The position numbers were made by a program, and so were the translations under genes. From NCBI RefSeq assembly GCF_001194135.2, contig NC_068982.1:62560613-62620366 (forward strand): a stretch of 59,754 nt of DNA. The letters run 5' to 3'. This DNA comes from Octopus bimaculoides (Eukaryota). This document shows positions 50,340-59,754 of the stretch, piece by piece. Under the pieces are notes generated by a model. The model had not been told where the DNA came from. It was given only the letters and a program-made list of their open reading frames with translations, and ran no database searches. Position 1 is the first letter of the stretch, and every line of letters begins with the position of its first letter.

Positions 50340-51794
50340 GCTTGTCTCCGGGAAACGATGACGGTGAACAAGTCGGGAATCAAGCAGAATTTCGCCAAAG
50401 TTTTGATTAATTTAGCCTTTTTCTCACTGATGGTTTAATGGTTACAAGACTATAGTCACCTTTCTCCTCACAACCCCTTACACATCTTCCAGATCGCTTC
50501 ATTTTCATCGAGTATTTGCACTTTCCAAAAGTTATGGCGACCTGAGCGTGCTCTTAACCAGCTCTTATACTTTTCTCTCTCTCTCTCTCTCTCTTTCTGC
50601 TTCTCTTCACTTTCTCCTTCCTTCCTTCGCTTTCCTCTTCCTTTTCCAGCCTGCTATTTGATTTACCTCAACCGCTCCGAAAACCCAAGTATGGTGGACA
50701 CGTGCATATCGCATACAGTATAATACTAATCGACGTTTTAGTGCATGGACACAAACAAACAAAAACTTTCCCACTTTCGTTTTTTTTGTGTGTTTTTTAT
50801 GTAACCTCTTAACTCAAGTCGATTTCTGTGTGAGTATGCATGTGCATATCTGAAAACACGTGTGTCACCTTATGCTTAACTCTACCCGTAACACACACAC
50901 ACACACACACAAGCTTCATATGTGTCTTTCTGTGCGTGTGTGTGTGTTTATACGCATATAACAGGCATTAAATACTTTTTCTCTTCTATCGTAATCATAA
51001 ACACACACACACACACACACATATATATATGCATATATATATGCATATATATATATATATATATATATACATACATATATACATACATCCATACATGTAC
51101 ATACATGCATACATGCATACATACATACATACACACATGCATACATATACATACATGCATACATGCATACATACATACAAACATACATACATACATACAT
51201 ACATATACAAGCCTACGTACGTATGTATGCATATGAAATTTATTTCCAAGGGTTGCAGTTTTATCGTTCACGTGTATTTCTTTCTCGGACACATTTGTTT
51301 GTCAAGAGGGACATAAAAATGTCATTACTGTTGACAAACAAAAACAAATCAACAAAACAATATAATTATTTGGAATAACATTGAAAAAACTAAACGAAAA
51401 ATAAGCAAAATATAGTGTAAAATAAAGAGAAGGAGAATGAAAAAGAAAGAGAGAAAATGGTGAGGTGGAGAAGTTATCAGTTATCTTGACTGTTTATCGC
51501 CAATGTTATAACACAATCAGTGATAATAAGGTTATGGCAGACATCCTGCATCGGATATTGTAGAAGCATGAGCAATGTAAGTATGTTGATAAAAAATTAA
51601 AAAATTGGCATAGAGAAATAAGACGGAGAAACAGATATTGTTGTTGTTTAACCCTTCTTCGGTCCTCGTGATGTACACTGTCTTTAATGAAAAGCATTTC
51701 ACCGATGTGTAACCCATCTTCTTTAGTGTGATGGGGACTATATAAGTCAGTCTGTAATTTCTTGTAACTTGTGTGTGTGTTACTATTCGTAGGG

Positions 51795-52171
51795 TGGAGG
51801 CGCAGTGGCCCAGTGGTTAGGGCAGCGGACTCGTGGTCATAGAATCGCGGTTTCGATTCCCAGACGTTGTGAGTGTTTATTGAGCGAAAACACCTAAGAG
51901 CTCCTCGAGGCTCCGGCAGGGTGTGGTGGCGAACCCTGCTGTACTCTTTCATCACAACTTTCTCTCACTCTTACTTCCTGTTTCTGTTGTGTCTGTAATT
52001 CAAAGGGTCAGCCTTGTCCCACTGTGTCACGCTGAATATCCCCGAGAACTACGTTAAGGGCACACGTGTCTGTGGAGTGCTCAACCACTTGCACGTTAAT
52101 TTCACGAGCAGGCTGTTCCGTTGATCGGATCAACTGGAACCCTTGACGTCGTAAGCGACGGATTGCCAACA
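51795..52171 (+). mobile_element. Family C SINE, full length with TSD
   Basis: Highly similar to 22929-23311; TSD actattcgtaggg (51782-51794) / actattcgtgggg (52172-52184). Confidence 0.95.
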
Positions 52172-52579
52172 ACTATTCGTGGGGCGATGTGGCTGCTAAT
52201 TCTAGCAGGTCGGGTCGCTGCATAGAAGTTCCGTTGTTCATGAAAGTGACAATTTTAATTAGTTGACACTGAAGTCCTTCCACGAGCTGAGGTTATGTTT
52301 TGAACATTCAATCTGTATCTATGCCCCGAGTATTTCTATTTCCATCCTGTCTCTAGTATTTATGTCCTAGCGGTTTGCGATCTGGAAAAGTAAATGGTGA
52401 TGTTAACGGTCAAAATAGGGAGATATGACTAAATATTAAAACGTTTTTGAAATAAATGGTAAAAGATTCGTGAGAATAATCTGAAATATTTAGTCTGGTG
52501 CATTAACTCTTCTACGAGTAGAAGTGTCAGTTATTAGTACGTAGGAAAGAACTGTTTCTTTTTTTCTTTTGTAACTTAC

Positions 52580-52685
52580 CTGATTGGTTGTGTTGGATGC
52601 TGAGTGTGAATATGTTGACCAAGCATCACTTGTGCCTGATCCTGCAGGTTTTCTACTTGGTGGGGATCCTTTAAACCTCGGGTAT
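52580..52685 (-). CDS. NR2E3: Penultimate coding exon (106 bp) of NR2E3/PNR-like nuclear receptor
   Basis: Acceptor ttttctttttctgttttcaaag| and donor CAG|gtaagt. Phase 1 to phase 2; reads (D)[34 protein letters not shown](R), versus human [38 protein letters not shown]|G joins in frame to the terminal exon. Confidence 0.95.
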
Positions 52686-53052
52686 CTTTGAAAACAGAAA
52701 AAGAAAAGCACAATGATAAACTATTTAAAGATAACCCAATACAAAATAACAACTTATAACTTTGACATAAAGATGTTCCTTTAGAGTAGGGGGTGTACCG
52801 ATTTAGTCGATCCCATAGACTGGTATTTCTTTTATGTTTTCCAAGAGAAAAAGAAAAGCAGGTTGAGTGATGAACTCGGACAGTAAATAGGCGTAGCAGA
52901 ATGGTCAAGTATTCTATCAATTCTAAAGTCCACTGCATTTTCTCAAATATTAGATGCATATCAGACAAAAATTATCTACAGAAATGGCTACAACGTTAGT
53001 TTAATTTGGAGGATAAAACATGATCCTAACATTTAAGAAACATAAGTGATAT

Positions 53053-53266
53053 TCTTTTCTACTCTGGGTACAAGGCCCGAAATTTTTTGGGGAGGGGAGC
53101 AGTCGATTAGATCGACCCCAGGACGCAACTGGTGTTTAATTTACTGACCCCGAAAGGATGGAAAGCAAAGTCAACCTCGGTGGAATTTGAACTCAGAACG
53201 TAAAGACGGGCGAAATACCGCTAAGCATTTCGCCCGGCGTGCCAACGTTTTTGCCAGCTCGCCGCA
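53053..53266 (-). mobile_element. Family A SINE, full length
   Basis: Reverse complement of head, core and tail; a partial tail copy lies at ~58742-58840. Confidence 0.9.
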
Positions 53267-54676
53267 TTTCGGGAAAGAGAAAGTAAATTTTATCAACTGA
53301 GAACTGACATAAGATCGACTCTTCGAAGCTGAGAATATGGCTAGTTAAAGTAATTTAAACCATAACCTAATTTGACACCACATCCTGTCCCATAACTATT
53401 TTTAGTGAAGACTGAACATTCAGACCAAGCCTCTAGTTCCAATACAAAATCCCTCTCTTTCTCATACTTATCTATGAATCCCCGGAAAAGTTAATGAACG
53501 CAGCTCCCACTCGATAAATCCATAACAGTAACAAATACACTTGATGTCGCTGTCTTAATTCATCTGTTTAAATATCGTTAATTAGAGACTGTCAACATAA
53601 ATATAAGCAATACGAGTATTTAATTATTTAAAATTCAAAGCATTGGAAGAATACCTTCAGGAGACACTTAGGATATCCCTTACACTCTTCTTTTCCGTTT
53701 ACGTATTTGGTTTGGAAGATTCTTGACGTGAACACGTGTGTTGAAGCAAATAATGTTATACATGGGTATGGTCATTTTTCCCCCCAATTAAACACACGCA
53801 CTATTTATCTGAGCGTCACTTTAGTTTTTTATTCGTATTACTTTTAGTTTATACGTCTGTCAAGGTTCCTTCCGTCACACGTTCTGTTGGGCGTAAGAAC
53901 TTTGTCAGACGTGTGTTTAACTGGTTGAAAAAAAAGAAAAAAAAGAGAGACCTTCCCCAAGTATGACAATATCTTCTTTAGCAGATTTGTCAGAAGTCCT
54001 CATATCGTAAATAATCACAGACAACACTTCACAGTGTATGAATTAATAAATATATTTAAATGTTAACCAATACATATCATGTGTGCTTATTAAAGATGTC
54101 TTTGTTTATAACCTGTGGAGTACAGCCTATAATTACTGCGTTCATTCTCAATATTTGCTAATAATAAGCGTTAACAGTTTAATCGAAATATTCCTTGAAG
54201 ATTCGAAGAATAAACGAAAGCCAAATCATTCGGATCCTGAGCAAACTATTTCTCTATAAATTGAGTTCTTAATAACTTTAGAGAAAGTTAGAAAGGAAGG
54301 GAGTGCGAAAAAAAAAAAAATCAAACAAAAGAAAAACAGAGAGAGGAAACGATGTGCGCGCGCGCGAGTTCGCATGTGAGTGTAGATTCAGAATAAAAAT
54401 GTGCAAAAACAAAACACAAAACTAGATCAGGTGATTTATCAAATAGGCTTTAAACAAAAATGCTGAAGACCAATGAGCAATCTTAATCAAACACATAGCA
54501 AAAGTTTTGCAATGTCTTGCATGGTAATGAATTTCTCTTTTCTTTTGCAGTCCAAGTGATAGAGTCTACAGCTTAGTTGAGAGATAGGAAATCTTAAGAA
54601 AAATAGAAAGAGCAAAGATATATAGATACAGCAGACACATACATTCGTACCTATATATATGTATGTACATATGTGC

Positions 54677-54711
<35 letters not shown>

Positions 54712-54813
54712 CATGTACATGAATCATTCATATATATATATATGTGTGTATATATGTATATATATGTGTACATACGTCATACATATATATATATATGTGT
54801 GCGTGTGCGTGTG

Positions 54814-54844
<31 letters not shown>

Positions 54845-54854
54845 NNNNNNNNNN

Positions 54855-54898
<44 letters not shown>

Positions 54899-54985
54899 TA
54901 TACCGTAGTGATAATTGCATAGAATGTACTTAGAAAAAGAAAAAGTCCCAAAATAAATTGAAATGATCGCAACAAGCATGATACA

Positions 54986-55055
<70 letters not shown>

Positions 55056-55715
55056 NNNNNNNNNNNNNNNNNNNNNNNNNNNNNNNNNNNNNNNNNNNNN
55101 NNNNNNNNNNNNNNNNNNNNNNNNNNNNNNNNNNNNNNNNNNNNNNNNNNNNNNNNNNNNNNNNNNNNNNNNNNNNNNNNNNNNNNNNNNNNNNNNNNNN
55201 NNNNNNNNNNNNNNNNNNNNNNNNNNNNNNNNNNNNNNNNNNNNNNNNNNNNNNNNNNNNNNNNNNNNNNNNNNNNNNNNNNNNNNNNNNNNNNNNNNNN
55301 NNNNNNNNNNNNNNNNNNNNNNNNNNNNNNNNNNNNNNNNNNNNNNNNNNNNNNNNNNNNNNNNNNNNNNNNNNNNNNNNNNNNNNNNNNNNNNNNNNNN
55401 NNNNNNNNNNNNNNNNNNNNNNNNNNNNNNNNNNNNNNNNNNNNNNNNNNNNNNNNNNNNNNNNNNNNNNNNNNNNNNNNNNNNNNNNNNNNNNNNNNNN
55501 NNNNNNNNNNNNNNNNNNNNNNNNNNNNNNNNNNNNNNNNNNNNNNNNNNNNNNNNNNNNNNNNNNNNNNNNNNNNNNNNNNNNNNNNNNNNNNNNNNNN
55601 NNNNNNNNNNNNNNNNNNNNNNNNNNNNNNNNNNNNNNNNNNNNNNNNNNNNNNNNNNNNNNNNNNNNNNNNNNNNNNNNNNNNNNNNNNNNNNNNNNNN
55701 NNNNNNNNNNNNNNN

Positions 55716-55778
<63 letters not shown>

Positions 55779-55849
55779 ATTTATTCCCCTCTCTATATGT
55801 CTGTCTATCAAGCTATCGTTTACCTACCTATCGTCGATAGGTCTGTCTG

Positions 55850-55930
55850 TGTACCTGTCTGTCTGCTTGTCTGTGTGTCTGCTTGTCTGTGTGTCTGCTT
55901 GTCTGTGTGTCTGCTTGTCTGTGTGTCTGT
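55850..55930. repeat. 16-bp minisatellite (gtctgcttgtctgtgt)n
   Basis: About four tandem copies visible. Confidence 0.85.
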
Positions 55931-56195
55931 CAACCAATCTATGCATCCGTTTATTTAGCTATTGTTTCACGTTTATTTTTCCAGACCTGCAACTTCTCTC
56001 TTTCGTTCCTTTTCTCAATGTTTCATGCTTTCATTATTCCTTTCTTTGCTTTCCCTCTATCTTTCATGCATTTCCCCCATTTTCCTTCTCATATTTACAC
56101 GCGCGTGCAGAGATTAATGACTACATGGTGGGATAGGTAGGTAGATAGATAGGTATGTTGATAGCCAGCTAGACAGACAGACAGACAGACAGACG

Positions 56196-56241
<46 letters not shown>

Positions 56242-57036
56242 AGAATACATAGGTATTTTCCTGGATATGTGTTCGGAAGACATCCTGCCATCATTTACAT
56301 TGGGAAGGCAAATCGTTCAACCGAGAATATAATGAATATACTGAAAAGTGTGAAACCTAATTGCTAAACAAAGTGCATACGTAAATTAAGACCAACACAT
56401 ATAATAGTAAGCATATAAATTTTGATATATATATTATACTGAAGCATGAATTTCGTAGGATGACTCTATCGTATCAAAATCTTCATTGAATGGTAATGTA
56501 GCAAACACTGGTATGAAAAAAAGCACGATTCTAAATTCACATGGATTCTCGTGTGTGTGTGTGTGTGTGTGTGCGTGTAGTGTTTTATTGAAGCTGAAAA
56601 CATCATATATTGTTACTCAGAGTTTCACACAACCGATCATGAGACAGCTATACGTACGGACACACACGCACACATTGTTTTTTTATGTATTTTATAATTC
56701 TTCTCACAGTGAATTCACCCCCTGCCTCCTGTGTTTATCAGCTAAAACCAGTTCTACCGTTCTGGTCTCATGGAAACTACGCGATGTTGTAAAAAAATGT
56801 CTGGACACATTTTATATGCCAACATTCTATCTACTTTCTTTTTTGACGTTGACGACTCAAACGTACTCTTTCTCTCTCCTTCTCACATACACACGCGCAA
56901 ATACATTTGCACGCACTCACATATATACACACACAAACACACATGCACATACATACATACATTCATATATATATACATATGTATATATATACGCACACAA
57001 TAACTCATGCATACTCTACCACACTCTCTTCCTCAC

Positions 57037-57086
<50 letters not shown>

Positions 57087-57519
57087 GGGAGAGGCATTGG
57101 CTGTGCTTATTCATGCAAAATAATGAATGTTTGAACATCGTGTTCATATTTCGAAATTCTAGGAAATAAAACAACCGCAAGAAATCAAGAGAACATTCTA
57201 AAGAAAAATGAAAAGTATAAAAAAAAAAGTGGGGAAATTGAAATGTGGATGAAGAATTGAGAAATTTTAATCGTAATGATATTAATTTTCAGCCAATCAT
57301 TAGACAATCTGTCAAAATTTAAAAATATAAATAATTAATAGAAAACAAGTTCGAAAATATATATAAAAACAATAAATGAAAATCAAAGAAGCAAACCAAT
57401 TTTATCATCCAAATTACAAATCAAATTTACTCGCCAGCTTTATATAGAATTCGTCTCGAAAATTTACTATTAATGCTGCCAAATATTTATTCATTTATTT
57501 TGATTAAGCAAGCACAAGG

Positions 57520-57680
57520 TAGGTTTTTAGAATGGAGACATAGCTCTTGCTGGTGTTTAAGTATAGCTCTAAGTTGATTCTGATCGAGTAAACCTATGAC
57601 CAAGGCTCTCCAGCCATGACAGTCCTATTATTTAATATGTCGGGGACAAGGTTATCTAATCCGTCCTTCCTTTTTTAATC
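57520..57680 (-). mobile_element. Decayed retroposon tail fragment
   Basis: tctgatcgagtaaacctatgaccaaggctctccagccatgac is inverse-similar to 49040-49120. Confidence 0.45.
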
Positions 57681-59712
57681 GATGGTATGCGGTTTGTGGA
57701 AAATGCTGTTGTTATTTTCTAAGAGTTTGAGCAACCGTACCATGCTTCATTGGTACCATACAACTGTACTGTGAGCAATCGTACCATGCTTCATTGGTAC
57801 CTGGTTATAATGTAGCCCTAATATGTCACAAGTACCTAGTACTTTAAGTTTGATTCGACTTATACTAAGTGGCTTGTCGAGTGAAGTGTAATCAAACATA
57901 AAGTACTTTATTTTACGGTCACATTGTAATAGGACACATTGTAATAGGACACAAATATCATAAACCATTTTTTGTAAAACACTCTGCGGATTGTCAACTT
58001 ATCGAATCCAGTTTAACTGCAAAATTAAATTTCATGGTTATTCCTGTAATAATGTTAAATATTTACCAAAAATAGGATTGGTATTTTCTGCAAAATCACG
58101 TTACCTCGATAAATTTGACGTATCTCAACAGAAAATAGCTTCAAACATGAAATTCCTCAACAAAAAATAGATTTGTATTTAAGAACTGGGTACTGAAATC
58201 TTGAATGGAAAGGCCTGCATTCCGTAGTGACTGATTAAGGTGAGTGGTTGGCAGAATCAGTTGAGTTCTTGCTTTTTACTTACAACCCCTTACTCACTGG
58301 TTTTGAAACATGCTGTGATCGACTTCCTGTTTCCATGTTTAAAGGACTAATAATGCTCTGAAATCATTTAAAACATTAAATGTTTTGGTCAATTTAATCA
58401 TCAGCTAAACCTTTCCCATAAACTCTTTGGCCGTTAACTTACCTTGCATGCTAAATCCCACTAAGATTTTTGATTACACAGCGAAGCAAATAAACTTGGC
58501 TTGTACTCCACACATCCTTAGAGAAGAAAATTAAGGTCATAGCATAACAGGTGCTCGAAAGTGCTTCATATTAAGTGACACAACTAATTTGATAAAGGTG
58601 ATGCAAAATTAAGTAAAGCGGGAGATAATCTATTTGGTTGAGTAATTTTCACGACGGGTTTCGAATATAATAATTTTATATTTCAGAAACGAAGCTGATA
58701 ATCCTCTTATATCAATTAGATAATCTATTACTGTATTGATTATTTCTACTCTGGGCACAAGGCCTTGAAAATATTTTAGGGAAGGGGGCTGGTCGATTAC
58801 ATCGACCCCAGTGCGTAACTGTTACTTATTTCATCGACCCGTATTATTATATTAACGAAATGCGAATGTAAGTACTATTTTAGAAATTGAAGAAATTTTA
58901 ATAGTACAGAATAAACTAGAAAATTATTACACTATAATTGTTACACTTTAGCCCTAGCAAAATTGCAGTTATTAACATTGGTTAGAATTAAAGGAAGGCG
59001 ACATTTTCATATTGAGTTCAAATCTAGTCGTGGTCAACCTTGTCTTGCATTCTTTCAAGAGAGATGAAATAACGCGCCAGTCAAGTGTACTGAAGTCGAC
59101 ATGATATCTTGTACAGTCTTAAAATTTTAAATGAGACTTGCATAATCTCAATGTAGTGTTATAAAATTATGTCCCTTTACTTGTTAGGTTCAAAATTCTC
59201 AACGGTTTGCTTTTGCTTTCATCTCTCGGTTAAAGTGCAAGTAATTTACTACATCTTATTCAATCGACGCGTGCACTGCATTATACCCATTCCTTGCAAA
59301 TTAGAACATTCTGAGAATATTTTGAAATAGAGAATAAAAATTTTGAAAAATTATTAATATAATAAGAACAAGGGATTTGTATGCGAATATAATATGTGGG
59401 TTAGGAGAAGGAAAAAAAGTTATTTAGAAAATGTATAAAAACATTAATAAGAATAAAGCGGATTACATTCCAATTGTTTCTTCAGGGGGCAAAGTGAAAT
59501 GGCTGACTGAAACTAACTGAATTGCAGAATTGTCTTTTTTTATTTTTAAGAATCATTCAATTTCACGTAGTTTGGTTTTAATAGATGATGAGTAAAAAAT
59601 GCCAATTACTAATGTTTGATTTGTACAAAGGACAGAGTTGAAATACAAGTGAGTGTATGTATGTATGTATGTATGTTTGTATGTATATATTATTTTATAT
59701 CTATATCTATAA

Positions 59713-59754
<42 letters not shown>

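Noticed and set aside
52490-52711. Alternative frame [17 protein letters not shown].. of the 106-bp exon
   Set aside because: Open, but the other frame matches NR2E3 and splices in frame.
54530-54600. Strong plus-strand acceptor ttctcttttcttttgcag
   Set aside because: Stops in all three frames shortly after; no partner exon.
56486-57040. 184-aa plus-strand ORF
   Set aside because: Largely dinucleotide-repeat derived; no recognisable domain.
52686-59754. Upstream NR2E3 exon (expected ..EFACLKA..LFKP)
   Set aside because: Not found by eye; probably beyond the window or in the 55056-55715 gap. The donor-like site near 58285 has the wrong phase and peptide.

Overview
AT-rich, microsatellite-dense eukaryotic DNA with many assembly gaps, most of them inside simple repeats. 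It is most likely an Octopus genome (inference from the SINE/LINE repertoire and SSR density). The only host gene I can support is the 3' end of a minus-strand NR2E3/PNR-type nuclear receptor. It has two ligand-binding-domain exons (52580-52685 and 45464-45596) that splice in frame across a 6983-bp intron; earlier exons lie outside the window or in a gap. The rest is mostly layered transposon relics: Penelope-like elements of at least three types (one Naiad-like), R4/Dong-type RLE LINE fragments sitting in (AAT)n tracts, RTE and Tx1/L1 LINE fragments, one TIR-intact and one partial Tc1/mariner (probably DD41D), MITE/foldback elements and several tRNA-derived SINE families. The most unusual signal is a complete minimal type I hammerhead ribozyme (3691-3733). 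It sits in a 353-nt terminally redundant unit, and a diverged, circularly permuted second copy lies at about 18003-18245. This is the pattern expected of a retrozyme/circular-RNA retroelement or a tandem Penelope pLTR. Most long ORFs in the supplied track are artefacts of microsatellites and N-runs. Boundaries of decayed repeats are approximate.
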